Of a stretch of DNA of 62,784 nt, positions 44,903 to 54,007 are shown in pieces; the first letter of the stretch is position 1; the number at the start of each line of letters is the position of its first letter. The stretch is from an uncultured Bdellovibrionales bacterium. Its GTDB lineage: Bacteria; Bdellovibrionota_C; UBA2361; SZUA-149; CAYMWO01. The notes under the pieces were generated by a model that did no database searches, was not told where the DNA came from, and was given only the letters and a program-made list of their open reading frames with translations. A program made the position numbers and the translations under genes. The stretch lies in contig CAYMWO010000001.1 of NCBI GenBank assembly GCA_964393905.1, forward strand, positions 1 through 62,784, in the 5' to 3' direction.

Positions 44903-45742
44903 ATGAGTCGCATGAACAAACGCAACAATAATCCGCAAATTGGCAATATCTCCGCAGAGGAATTACTGAGCGCCTTTTTCGACGGGGAGGTTGAGCCTTC
45001 CGTCAAAGCTGCATTGGAGGCCAGTGTCGTGGGTGGTGACCGAGCGGTGCTAGACGAACTGCAATCGCTATCTCAAGTTCGGGCTGGAATTCGTTCTTGG
45101 CATGAGTCACAAACAGTTGATTTTCAGGGCCGGGAGAAGCGGTTGGATGTGTGGTCAGCAATTGCTGATGAGGTAAATTCCTTGGCTGAACGGAAAAAGG
45201 CGGGGGCTTTTCGTTTTGTTCCGCGTTGGTCGGATGCGCTGCGATCAATCTTATCTCCGAGATTTGCTGTGGGCTTAGCGCTCTTGGCTGTGACTGTTGT
45301 ATCGGTTGCATCGCTTAGAATTAGTCGACAAATCGGGGTCACCGAGTCTCAAAACTCCCAAGTTGCTAGCTCGAGAGTAGATAACCTGACGACGGATTTA
45401 CAGGAGGCAATTAACACACTTCCAGTAAAGCTTGACTCTCGTTCTCCGCTTTCAATGTCAGAGTCGATGGCGGGTCGATATCGTTCTCGTATCGGAGGGG
45501 ATCTCTTAGTGCCAGTCAGTTTAGGGGAAAGTAATCCGCTTGAGCCAAATCTCCAACTTTCTGGTGCAGAGTTGCAGATGCGGCTTCCAGTCTCCCAAAT
45601 TATGGACGATAACTTTGTCCAAGGCGGGTTGCGGACAAATGGCGCGGATATTAAATGGATTCGTAGCCAGAATGCGTTTCGCATTCTTCCAGGAGGTGAC
45701 CGAAGCGCTCCCCCAGTCATTTGGGTGGCGAACAGAAGGTAA
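44903..45742 (+). CDS. Anti-sigma factor, RseA-like N-terminus, single-pass membrane protein
   Basis: EELLSAFFDGEV resembles the RseA N-terminal motif (LSALMDGE). Central TM segment (FAVGLALLAVTVVSVASL). Immediately follows the ECF sigma gene. Confidence 0.6.
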   Translation: MSRMNKRNNNPQIGNISAEELLSAFFDGEVEPSVKAALEASVVGGDRAVLDELQSLSQVRAGIRSWHESQTVDFQGREKRLDVWSAIADEVNSLAERKKAGAFRFVPRWSDALRSILSPRFAVGLALLAVTVVSVASLRISRQIGVTESQNSQVASSRVDNLTTDLQEAINTLPVKLDSRSPLSMSESMAGRYRSRIGGDLLVPVSLGESNPLEPNLQLSGAELQMRLPVSQIMDDNFVQGGLRTNGADIKWIRSQNAFRILPGGDRSAPPVIWVANRR

Positions 45743-45810
45743 CGTTGTAAAGATCTATTACTACTCGACGACAAAGTCTTAATTATAACTGCCCACCAAA
45801 GAGTTGGTTA

Positions 45811-46392
45811 ATGTTGGTTTTATCAAATAAGAGCAGACTTCTATTTCTCATCGTTGGAGCCTTGATAGCTACTCAGGGTGTTGCTCTGGCTGCGGACAAA
45901 GTGTCGGCAAAAGAATTAGGTAAAACGCTTGGAAATAAAAGCAGTGCAGTTTCAGACTGTACGCTCAGAGTGCGGGTTGTTAAGGGTGATAAAGCTCAAG
46001 CTACAGAAGGGGAGGGTGATGGGCAGGGGGGGTCGAAAGCCCACGTTACCTACAAAAATCTAGAAGGGCTTGATGACGTTCAGAGACAGTTGGACCCACT
46101 TCCCTTTGCAGAGTTCAAAATAATCGATTCAATTGAGCGGCCGATCAAGCTGAACACGAAGGAGGTTTTCAATCTAAAGGGGGAGGGGGATAGCGTAAAT
46201 ATAGTGTCCGTGACCCCTCATTCCTTAAACAAGTCTCGGGTGCAGTTAACGGTTGATTGGAGGGAGCAAGGGTCGGAAGAAGAGTTTGTTTCAACCCAGA
46301 TGGCTGTTTTAAACGGTGAGAGCCTGGTCCTAGGGACAGATAGTTCAGAAAGTACCTCTACTATTCTCTGCGTGAGAATTAACTGCCAATAA
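45811..46392 (+). CDS. Hypothetical secreted protein downstream of the ECF sigma/anti-sigma pair
   Basis: Signal peptide (LLFLIVGALIATQGVALAADK). No family recognised. Confidence 0.5.
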   Translation: MLVLSNKSRLLFLIVGALIATQGVALAADKVSAKELGKTLGNKSSAVSDCTLRVRVVKGDKAQATEGEGDGQGGSKAHVTYKNLEGLDDVQRQLDPLPFAEFKIIDSIERPIKLNTKEVFNLKGEGDSVNIVSVTPHSLNKSRVQLTVDWREQGSEEEFVSTQMAVLNGESLVLGTDSSESTSTILCVRINCQ

Positions 46393-46553
46393 AGGCTTTT
46401 TAGGGTTAACCCCTAAATAACCGAGTAAATTACAGCTAACACGCCAATTCTTGACCGTAAAGCTATTTGTGATATTCTCTCCCGCCCTCAAGCCTTATAG
46501 CTTAAGTCGAAGGGTGAGAGTCGAATATATTAAGAATTTTCAACTATTTGTTT

Positions 46554-46985
46554 ATGAAAACCCATTTTGAAACAGCTGAGGATGCCCGCGAAAATCGTAA
46601 GTGGGTTTTAATTGATGCCACAGACCAAGTTGTCGGTCGGCTCGCATCGCAGATTGCCTCCATCTTAAGAGGGAAGACAAATCCGCGCTTTACTCCTCAT
46701 AACGACTCAGGCGATTTTGTTGTCGTGGTAAACGCCGATAAGATTCGTTTTACTGGCAACAAGATGGCCAACAAGGAATATGTCTACCATACCGGCTATA
46801 TCGGTGGTGTTAAGTCACTAAATGCTGGAGAGCTGCTCAAGGACAAGCCAGAATTCATTATCACTAATGCTGTTCAGGGCATGTTACCTAAAACGCCGCT
46901 TGGAAGAGGACAGCTCAAGAAATTGAAGGTTTATGCTGGTGCAGAACACCCGCATGTAGCACAGAACCCGCAGCCTGTTGTTTAA
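46554..46985 (+). CDS. rplM: 50S ribosomal protein L13
   Basis: W.LIDA..QV.GRLAS.IA..LRGK..P.FTPH.D.GD.VVV.NA.KI..TG.K...K.YY.H.GY.GG.K pattern. ATG 46554 is preferred over TTG 46548. Confidence 0.93.
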   Translation: MKTHFETAEDARENRKWVLIDATDQVVGRLASQIASILRGKTNPRFTPHNDSGDFVVVVNADKIRFTGNKMANKEYVYHTGYIGGVKSLNAGELLKDKPEFIITNAVQGMLPKTPLGRGQLKKLKVYAGAEHPHVAQNPQPVV

Positions 46986-47017
46986 TACTTAGGCATTTAA
47001 AAAATTAGGATAGATAG

Positions 47018-47422
47018 ATGGCAGCTAGTAAAGCAGTTTACGCAACAGGACGAAGAAAAACTTCAAGTGCTCGGGTGTATCTTTTCCCAGCCGAGGGTGA
47101 TGAGGCTAAGATCACCGTGAACGGTCGTGAGGCGGATGAGTATTTCCCACGTAAGACTACACAGATGATCATTCGTCAACCGCTTCAGGTCACTGATCGG
47201 ATGGCAACGTATGACTTTAGAGTTAGCGTAGCTGGTGGCGGAACAACAGGCCAAGCTGGAGCGGTGCTTCATGGAATTGCTCGCGTGTTGGAGAAGATTG
47301 AGCCGGAACTCCGCCCAGCGCTTAAAAAGGCTGGTTTCTTAACTCGGGACTCGCGTGCGGTTGAGCGTAAAAAGCCAGGCCGTCACAAAGCGAGAAAGCG
47401 TCCACAGTTCTCTAAGCGATAG
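47018..47422 (+). CDS. rpsI: 30S ribosomal protein S9
   Basis: ATGRRK.S.ARV...G.G.I.VNGR and the C-terminal LTRD.R.VERKK.G..KARK..QFSKR. Confidence 0.93.
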   Translation: MAASKAVYATGRRKTSSARVYLFPAEGDEAKITVNGREADEYFPRKTTQMIIRQPLQVTDRMATYDFRVSVAGGGTTGQAGAVLHGIARVLEKIEPELRPALKKAGFLTRDSRAVERKKPGRHKARKRPQFSKR

Positions 47423-47436
47423 GCTTTTCAGCGATT

Positions 47437-48207
47437 TTACAGAGCGCGCTTTAGGTATGAGCGCAGCCGTAGTAATGCGCGCGATCTTATCTGCGATGCG
47501 CGCGACTCTGTAACCCCAATAATTTCGCCAATCTCTTTTAGATTAAGCTCTTCGTAGAAGTAGAGGCAGACAACGAGTCTCTCTTTCTCGGGGAGCCGAT
47601 CAAGTGCGCGTGCGATTATTTCAACCTTTTCGGAGTCGAGTAGATTGTTAAGTGGATCTGGTCTGGCACTTGGCAGCCAGTCATCAGCCATAAAGCGCTC
47701 TTCGCCGTGACCAAAGCCGAGCTCCTCAAAGCTCAGCATCACGACACCGCTTACGTCGCTCAGCATCTTCTGTAGCTGATCAACATCTACCCCGAGCTCT
47801 GCCGCTACTTCGGCATCATCCGCCGGACGACCTAGATCTTGCTCCAGTTTTTGATAGGCGCTTTCAAGCTTATGAGCTTTGTGTCGTAGAGAACGCGGGG
47901 CCCAGTCTTGAGATCTGAAAGAGTCAAGAATCGCCCCACGGATACGAAATTGGGCATAGGTGGAGAAATTTGTTTCATGACGTGGATCGTATTTTTCTAA
48001 GGCGTCAACGAGTCCGATAATTCCGGAGTTGAGCATCTCCTTAACATCAACTTCGGCTGGTAATCTGCCGGCTAGTCGATGAACTACCCGTTTGACTAAG
48101 GGAAGAAAGCTTCGAATTAACTCTTCCCGTTCTGAGTCATCTACCGTGCGGTAAGACTCGGCTTCTGATGGTTTGCGGTTTGTCTTCACAGCTAATGAAC
48201 ACCCCAA
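47437..48207 (-). CDS. fliA: Flagellar sigma factor FliA (sigma-28)
   Basis: Sigma70-family regions 2-4 (LV.RV..RL..RLP..V...DL...G..GL..A...YDP, FSTYA..RIRGAILD..R..DW.PRS.R, L.EKE..V..LYY.EELNLKEIGE..GV.ESR.SQI). Last gene after flhF-flhG. TTG start. Confidence 0.88.
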   Translation of the reverse strand: MGCSLAVKTNRKPSEAESYRTVDDSEREELIRSFLPLVKRVVHRLAGRLPAEVDVKEMLNSGIIGLVDALEKYDPRHETNFSTYAQFRIRGAILDSFRSQDWAPRSLRHKAHKLESAYQKLEQDLGRPADDAEVAAELGVDVDQLQKMLSDVSGVVMLSFEELGFGHGEERFMADDWLPSARPDPLNNLLDSEKVEIIARALDRLPEKERLVVCLYFYEELNLKEIGEIIGVTESRASQIRSRALLRLRSYLKRAL

Positions 48208-48213
48208 TATTAG

Positions 48214-48465
48214 CTAGCGGCGTCCCCCCCGGGATTCAGCGCGCCACATTTCCTCTAACGAAGCCCACGATTTGATTAAGATGCGGCCAATCAGCCCAAG
48301 GATTACAATAACTGCGGCACCTCGATAAGTTATTGTAATTGCTCGTGCTCCAGAGATAGCCGAACCGGCAACAGTCACGATAAAAGCCGCAACAACAAGC
48401 CCCGTAAAGTAACGGTGAAGGCTCTTATATTGCTCTCTCAATTGGGCTTTTTTGTTCGCAGCCAT
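48214..48465 (-). CDS. Small two-TM membrane protein between flhG and fliA
   Basis: 83-aa ORF with two hydrophobic segments (GLVVAAFIVTVAGSAISG and AAVIVILGLIGRILI). It fills the flhG-fliA gap and its stop is 6 nt from the fliA start. Confidence 0.5.
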   Translation of the reverse strand: MAANKKAQLREQYKSLHRYFTGLVVAAFIVTVAGSAISGARAITITYRGAAVIVILGLIGRILIKSWASLEEMWRAESRGGRR

Positions 48466-48535
48466 GGCGAGTATTTAGATTATTGCTGCCGGTAAAAGGA
48501 TTCGGGAGATATTTTTACACCCGCCGTCGCAGTCG

Positions 48536-49441
48536 TTACTGTTCCAACAGAGCCTTAAAGAAGAACTGAAGCCCGCCTTTTGCGACTCTGGTGTTTTCCT
48601 CAGAGACGAGTTTGCGGGCAAGTTTGGCAATATCTAGGCTGGCCTTCGAGCTTGGAAACAGCTGTAGATATGGCTTCTGCTGCCGAACTGCGGCGGGAAC
48701 AGACTCATCGGAGGCTACTGATCCCATGAATTTAAGACTAACGCTAAGAAAGCGATCAGTGGCAGCTGCCAGTTGAGCATAAGTGCTCTTCCCATCAGTC
48801 CCTGGAGCCGCTTGGTTTACTAGGATATTAAAATTCTTAATTCCGTGATTGGCGTTTAGAACCTTAATCACGGCATATGCGTCCGTGATTGAAGTTGGTT
48901 CGGGAGTGACCACTATCAGAATATCCTCTGCGGCAACATTGAAATACAATACGTTGTCACCGATGCCCGCTGCTGTATCGACAATCATGTAGTCGTAGTC
49001 TGACCCCAGCTCGTCAACCGCAGCAACGAGCGATAGGCGCTCGGCCTCGCTTAGATGTGTCAGCTCGGGAATTCCACTTGAAGCCGGGATTATATCTAAA
49101 CCCGGTTGATAGTTTACCAGAATGTCAGCGATTGAGGATTTACCAGTCAGCACATCTTGCAAAGTGGCCGCCGGTTTAAATCCCAGAAGCACATTAATGT
49201 TTGCCAGACCTAAATCGGCATCAAGAAGCAAAACCCTTTTACCGAGCTTTACCAGAGCTAGACCGAGGTTCACAGAGGTGTGGGTTTTACCGACCCCACC
49301 CTTTCCACTAGTCACCGAAATAACTCTTGCCGGACCCTTGCTCATATAATTGACTACCCGCTCTCTGGCTTTTTTCTGCTCTTCGAAGCTGATCACTTGA
49401 ACCATAATATGTTTCTTTGAGGTTAGGAAACAGGGGACCAT
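48536..49441 (-). CDS. flhG: Flagellar number/placement regulator FlhG (MinD/ParA-type ATPase, YlxH/FleN)
   Basis: ISVTSGKGGVGKTHTSVNLGLAL...RVLLLDADLGLANI.VLLG pattern. Follows flhF. The start may be Met 49405. Confidence 0.85.
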   Translation of the reverse strand: MVPCFLTSKKHIMVQVISFEEQKKARERVVNYMSKGPARVISVTSGKGGVGKTHTSVNLGLALVKLGKRVLLLDADLGLANINVLLGFKPAATLQDVLTGKSSIADILVNYQPGLDIIPASSGIPELTHLSEAERLSLVAAVDELGSDYDYMIVDTAAGIGDNVLYFNVAAEDILIVVTPEPTSITDAYAVIKVLNANHGIKNFNILVNQAAPGTDGKSTYAQLAAATDRFLSVSLKFMGSVASDESVPAAVRQQKPYLQLFPSSKASLDIAKLARKLVSEENTRVAKGGLQFFFKALLEQ

Positions 49442-49465
49442 CCCTTGTTAGCTACACCCCTATTC

Positions 49466-50491
49466 CTATTTATCTGAACGTCTAACCAAAAGCTGAACAA
49501 TCTTTTCCGCTGAAGCCGCCTCGATATCTTCAGGAACTCGCTGCCCTGTTCCGAAAAGCTCGATTTGCAAACCGGCCTCAAACAGAATGTTTAAGCAGGG
49601 ACCAAAGTAGGATGTCTCATCCGTCTTTGTGACCCCAATACTTTGAATTCCCACACCACGAAATGCGCTGAGTGTATGCCTAAGGTCCGGGGAGTTTCCT
49701 GACGCAGGTAAAAGCAGCATGCGCTCAATTCCATTACCAGCCTCCGTTCCCGTTCCTAAAACCTCGCGCAGCTCGCGAATACGTGATTCATCCCAAGGTC
49801 CGCTCCCTGCTGTATCGATAAAAATTAGATCTTTGCTGGCGAAGTGCTCCCGTGTCTCCAAAAGTTCGCTGGCTGTTGACGCCGTTAGGGTCTCGGCACC
49901 AATTAGATCCCCCGCCTGCTCAAGTTGTTCTGCTCCGCCAACACGCCTGGTATCGATTGTAATGAAGCCGACACTCAGCTTTTTATGCAGTGCCGCAATC
50001 GCTCCAAGTTTATGAATGGTAGTAGTTTTACCTACTCCAGTTGGCCCGACGAGTGCCAGAGTTCTATTGCCCTTTCCTTTAGGGTAACCCAGCTTTAACT
50101 CCTGCCCAATGATTGAAGTCAGCAGGGTTAAATCAATACTCTCTTCAGTATCTGCGCTACTCTTATAGCTACTAAGTAACCGTCCACGAACTTTACTGTC
50201 GATTCCAAAGTGTCGAAGCAGGTCACCAAAGGTATCTACCGCGCTTTTTGGTGCCTGGGGGCGGGTGAGCTTCTTTGCGAATTTAAATGGATTTTCTCCA
50301 CCGAGAGTGCCGTATGGAAAACTCTCAATCGACGCTCCCAGTGGTCTTGAAGTTGGCAGCTCGCCAGAACGAAAAACCCGTCCTGGGTTTAGGTTCCCGA
50401 TAGAGGTTTCTAATGCGCCGCGAGAATCTTTGGCTAATAGCTTAGACAGTTCGCGAAGAGCTTCAGAGGAATGTTTGATAGTTTTTGCCAT
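49466..50491 (-). CDS. flhF: Flagellar biosynthesis GTPase FlhF (SRP family)
   Basis: LALVGPTGVGKTTTI.KLGA (G1), IDTAGSG (G3), TKTDET (G4). Between flhA and flhG. Confidence 0.85.
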   Translation of the reverse strand: MAKTIKHSSEALRELSKLLAKDSRGALETSIGNLNPGRVFRSGELPTSRPLGASIESFPYGTLGGENPFKFAKKLTRPQAPKSAVDTFGDLLRHFGIDSKVRGRLLSSYKSSADTEESIDLTLLTSIIGQELKLGYPKGKGNRTLALVGPTGVGKTTTIHKLGAIAALHKKLSVGFITIDTRRVGGAEQLEQAGDLIGAETLTASTASELLETREHFASKDLIFIDTAGSGPWDESRIRELREVLGTGTEAGNGIERMLLLPASGNSPDLRHTLSAFRGVGIQSIGVTKTDETSYFGPCLNILFEAGLQIELFGTGQRVPEDIEAASAEKIVQLLVRRSDK

Positions 50492-50494
50492 AGC

Positions 50495-52588
50495 TTATTG
50501 GTCCTCAACTGCGACGACACCGACCGACTGAACACGCGTAGTAGGCGAAATCTCTTGGTGAGAAAGAACGACAAACCCCGGAATGAATCTTTCGGTAAAG
50601 GAATACAGTGCAGGACGCATGCCGGCTGGGGCTAAGAGCACTGGTGTGGTTCCTAACTGTCCAAAGCGATCAACAAAACTTTTGAGTTTAGAGATGAACC
50701 GCTGAGCAAACGAGGGTTCTAACGCCAAATAGCTTCCATGGTCTGTTACCTGGAGCGCATCATTCAGCGCACGCTCAAGTGTTGGCGACATGCTGAGCAG
50801 AGTCAGAACGCCATTTGTGTTGATATGTTTTGCGGTAATCGAGCGTGAAAGCGCCCGCCGGACATGCTCTACAAGTCGTTCAGGTGCCTTGGTCGATGGG
50901 CCCCAATCTGCCAAAGTCTCCATTATTGTGCGGAGATCTCGGATACTAACACCTTCTCGAAGCAAGCCGGCCAGTACCTGCTGCACGCTACCCAAAGGAA
51001 GAACCACCGGGACAACTTCCTCAACGAGCTTTGGACAGTTTTTGGAGAGGTTATCGAGAAGGACTTGCACCTCTTGGCGACCAAGAATCTCATGTGAGTG
51101 TCCTTTAATGACCTCTGTAATATGTGTCGTGATAACTGTCGGCGGATCAACAACTGTGAATCCCGAAAATTGCGCACGTTCTTTATCGGCCTCGGCAATC
51201 CAAAGAGCATCCAGCCCAAACGCCGGCTCCTTTGTGGGAATGCCGGGAATATTGGCCTCGCTGTTACCGGGATCCATTGCTAGGTAGTAATGCGGCTTAA
51301 CATTTCCAGAGGCAATCTCAACCCCTTTTAACATTAACCGATATTGAGTGGGCTCAAGCCGTACGTTGTCTCGAATATGAATTGCTGGGACAATAAATCC
51401 CATATCCAAAGCAAACTGACGGCGTAATGCTCGAATCCGATCAATCAAGTCTCCACCGCTGGAGGCGTCAACCATTGGAACAAGTTCGTATCCGACCTCA
51501 AGTTCAAGTAGATCAACTCCAAGTAAGGTCTTCACCTCTTCGGTGCTACCTGGAGGTGGCGGGCCAGGCAGCTCCTTAGCGGCACCCCTCGCGCCTTCCT
51601 CTTTCTCCTCAATCACCGGATTTGCGCTGGCTTGAAGAGCCATCAGGCCTGACATTGCACCGAGAACCATGAACGGGAAAAAAGGCAGTCCAGGAACAAG
51701 AGCAAAAAGCACGGCCACGCCGGAGGCGAGGTAAAGTGGCTTAGCGTTTTTAGTTAGCTGATCACCTACCTCAGTACCGAGATCTGCACCCGATGCCGCG
51801 CGAGCTACGATAATACCGGCTGACACAGAGACAATCAGCGCTGGAATTTGACTGACTAGTCCATCACCGACGGTTAAAAGGGTATATGTTTCTGCGGCCT
51901 TCATCCAGTCCATGCCGCCCTGAACGACACCGATGAAGAAGCCGCCGATAATATTGATAAATGTAATGATAATGCCGGCTACGGCATCTCCGCGCACGAA
52001 CTTGGAAGCACCGTCCATCGATCCGTAGAATTCTGCCTCGGCGGCAATACTCTTTCTTAGCTTCTTGGCCTCGGATTCCGAGATCAATCCGCTGTTTAAG
52101 TCGGAGTCGATCGCCATCTGCTTACCGGGCATGGCGTCCAAAGTGAATCGTGCGGCAACTTCCGCGATACGCCCAGAACCTTTGGTGATAACCATGAAGT
52201 TTACCATCACGATGATGATAAAGATGACCACACCAATGACGAAATTTCCTCCGAGGACGAACTCTCCGAAGGCCTTAATTACGTGACCTGCCGCGTCGAG
52301 ACCCTGATCTCCATACAACAGAATCAGTCGCGTTGATGAGATGTTCATCGCAAGACGAAACAGTGTCGTCATCAGTAGCAGTGCGGGATATGAGGAAAAC
52401 TCCAGCGGCCTTCCGAGATACAGAGAGACAAAGAGAATCACTAACGAGAGTGTAATACTAAAGGACAGTAGAATATCAAGTATCCACGACGGAATCGGGA
52501 TAATCATGATAATGACCACTGCAACAAGCATCACCGGTACGGAGATGCTCATAATTGAATTGGTCTTAGTCATGTCCGCTCGGGCCAT
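50495..52588 (-). CDS. flhA: Flagellar type III export gate protein FlhA
   Basis: 697 aa with an FHIPEP-family signature (FP.LLL..TLFRL..N...TRLIL, GGNFV.G...F.I......VITKG..RI.EV.ARFTLDAMPGKQMAID.D) and a C-terminal cytoplasmic domain. Confidence 0.95.
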   Translation of the reverse strand: MARADMTKTNSIMSISVPVMLVAVVIIMIIPIPSWILDILLSFSITLSLVILFVSLYLGRPLEFSSYPALLLMTTLFRLAMNISSTRLILLYGDQGLDAAGHVIKAFGEFVLGGNFVIGVVIFIIIVMVNFMVITKGSGRIAEVAARFTLDAMPGKQMAIDSDLNSGLISESEAKKLRKSIAAEAEFYGSMDGASKFVRGDAVAGIIITFINIIGGFFIGVVQGGMDWMKAAETYTLLTVGDGLVSQIPALIVSVSAGIIVARAASGADLGTEVGDQLTKNAKPLYLASGVAVLFALVPGLPFFPFMVLGAMSGLMALQASANPVIEEKEEGARGAAKELPGPPPPGSTEEVKTLLGVDLLELEVGYELVPMVDASSGGDLIDRIRALRRQFALDMGFIVPAIHIRDNVRLEPTQYRLMLKGVEIASGNVKPHYYLAMDPGNSEANIPGIPTKEPAFGLDALWIAEADKERAQFSGFTVVDPPTVITTHITEVIKGHSHEILGRQEVQVLLDNLSKNCPKLVEEVVPVVLPLGSVQQVLAGLLREGVSIRDLRTIMETLADWGPSTKAPERLVEHVRRALSRSITAKHINTNGVLTLLSMSPTLERALNDALQVTDHGSYLALEPSFAQRFISKLKSFVDRFGQLGTTPVLLAPAGMRPALYSFTERFIPGFVVLSHQEISPTTRVQSVGVVAVEDQ

Positions 52589-52606
52589 AATTCCGCTAGT
52601 CCTATC

Positions 52607-53719
52607 CTATACCCGTCTTTGATTATTAGCTGAGCTGCTTGCAGCAAAAGGTCGCTTTCCTTTGAGCCGGTAAACATAGGCTAATAGTTCTGCGACTGCT
52701 GAATAAAGTTCGTATGGAATTTGCTGCCCGACCTCTACAGCCTTAAATAATGCTCGGGCTAAGGGCTTTCTTTCAATAACAGGAATGCCATTCTGTTTAG
52801 CGATTTCCTTGATACGCTCCGCGACAAATCCACGACCTTTGGCGATAACCTTTGGAGCGCTGCCTTTTGCCATTTTATAAGAAAGAGCAACTGCAAGATG
52901 AGTGGGATTGGTGACAACGACATCGGCCTTCGGCACAGACTGCATCATTCGATCTCTGGCACGCTGTAAGGCCCTAGAGCGCATTGTTAACCGGGTTTGT
53001 TCGTCACCATCAACTGACTTCTTTTCCTCTTTAATTTCTACCTTCGTCATCTTTAGCTTCTTCATTGTGTGATACTTCTGCCAAATGAAGTCCGCTATCG
53101 CGAGGATGAGGAGCAGCGAGATAATACGCCAGAATACCTTTGCGGCGGCAAACGATGTAAAGGGAAGAAGGAAGTCGATACCTACATCCATCAGCCCCAT
53201 AAGTTGCGGGAAGAGATCGAAGAATGCGCTATACGCTATCGGAGCGATGATAATCAATTTAAGAATTGATTTTCCAACATTGACTAAGTTGTGAATACTA
53301 AAGAGTCGCTTGATTCCGGTGATTGGATTTAAATGCGAAAATTTTGGTTTCAGTAGCTTGCTTGACCAGAGGAATTTGGTCTGCATTGCTGTAACGCCAC
53401 CACCAGCGACTCCGGCCAGAACCATCAGCAGCATAATATGAGGGAGGACGAGACGAACTATTCCATAAAATTGATGTCTCAGGAGCTCAATTGTAAACGG
53501 TTCTTCGCCGGCATTGAATGTCAGACTACCTTGGAAAACAATAAGCAGATCTTGCCAGAGGTGAGGAGCTAGAGCTTGTAAGGCGATGAAGGCGGCAACA
53601 ATGCCGCATACTTGGCTGAGTTCAACCGATTTACCGACCATACCGTCGGCGCGGGCTTCAGAAGTCCGCCGCCCGGTGGGGGCTTCGGTTTTCTCTCCGC
53701 TATCACTATCCTCAGCCAT
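52607..53719 (-). CDS. flhB: Flagellar type III export switch protein FlhB
   Basis: GEKTE.PT.RR...AR..G.V.KS.EL at the N-terminus and the autocleavage site context VVVTNPTHLAVAL (NPTH). Confidence 0.93.
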   Translation of the reverse strand: MAEDSDSGEKTEAPTGRRTSEARADGMVGKSVELSQVCGIVAAFIALQALAPHLWQDLLIVFQGSLTFNAGEEPFTIELLRHQFYGIVRLVLPHIMLLMVLAGVAGGGVTAMQTKFLWSSKLLKPKFSHLNPITGIKRLFSIHNLVNVGKSILKLIIIAPIAYSAFFDLFPQLMGLMDVGIDFLLPFTSFAAAKVFWRIISLLLILAIADFIWQKYHTMKKLKMTKVEIKEEKKSVDGDEQTRLTMRSRALQRARDRMMQSVPKADVVVTNPTHLAVALSYKMAKGSAPKVIAKGRGFVAERIKEIAKQNGIPVIERKPLARALFKAVEVGQQIPYELYSAVAELLAYVYRLKGKRPFAASSSANNQRRV

Positions 53720-53834
53720 CCGTGAAACCTCGTATAACCGCTAATTCGCCTAATACTCAAAACCGTTGCTTGGATTAAGCAATGCCTTGCACAAATGTCG
53801 GACTTTTGACGAAATCTCGACGTCATCTCAATTT

Positions 53835-53850
53835 TGCAAACTACGTGCCT
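53835..53850 (-). promoter_or_regulatory. Sigma54 (-24/-12) promoter upstream of flhB
   Basis: The minus strand reads GCAGGCACGTAGTTTGCAAAA. AGGCACG-N4-TTGCA compares with TGGCACG-N4-TTGCW, with exact GG-N10-GC spacing. About 115-130 nt upstream of the flhB ATG (53719), inside the 288-bp fliR-flhB gap. Confidence 0.6.
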
Positions 53851-54007
53851 GCAACTCCCTTGGCCTTATCCGTCCCAGGTGCCCGTTCAGCGCTGTTTGA
53901 TGTGAGCTGAGTGGGTGAACTTTGTCAGCGGGTCAAAACCTTAACGGTTCTTCAGCTGCTTATTTTGTTTTGAATAACTACTAGTTGGCTAAACTTAGTA
54001 GAAATGG

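Noticed and set aside
45349-45774. 141-aa ORF antisense to the anti-sigma factor gene
   Set aside because: It is a shadow ORF. The plus-strand gene has the expected RseA-like N-terminus and TM helix and follows the ECF sigma gene.
46399-46417. Hairpin TTTAGGG-TTAAC-CCCTAAA after the 45811-46392 gene
   Set aside because: The stem has only 7 bp, mostly A/T, and no downstream T-tract, so it is not convincing as a terminator.
50790-51287. 165-aa ORF antisense to flhA (several smaller ones also lie in flhA, flhB and polA)
   Set aside because: It sits opposite highly conserved FlhA coding sequence. Its Ser/Arg/Thr-rich composition is typical of antisense frames.
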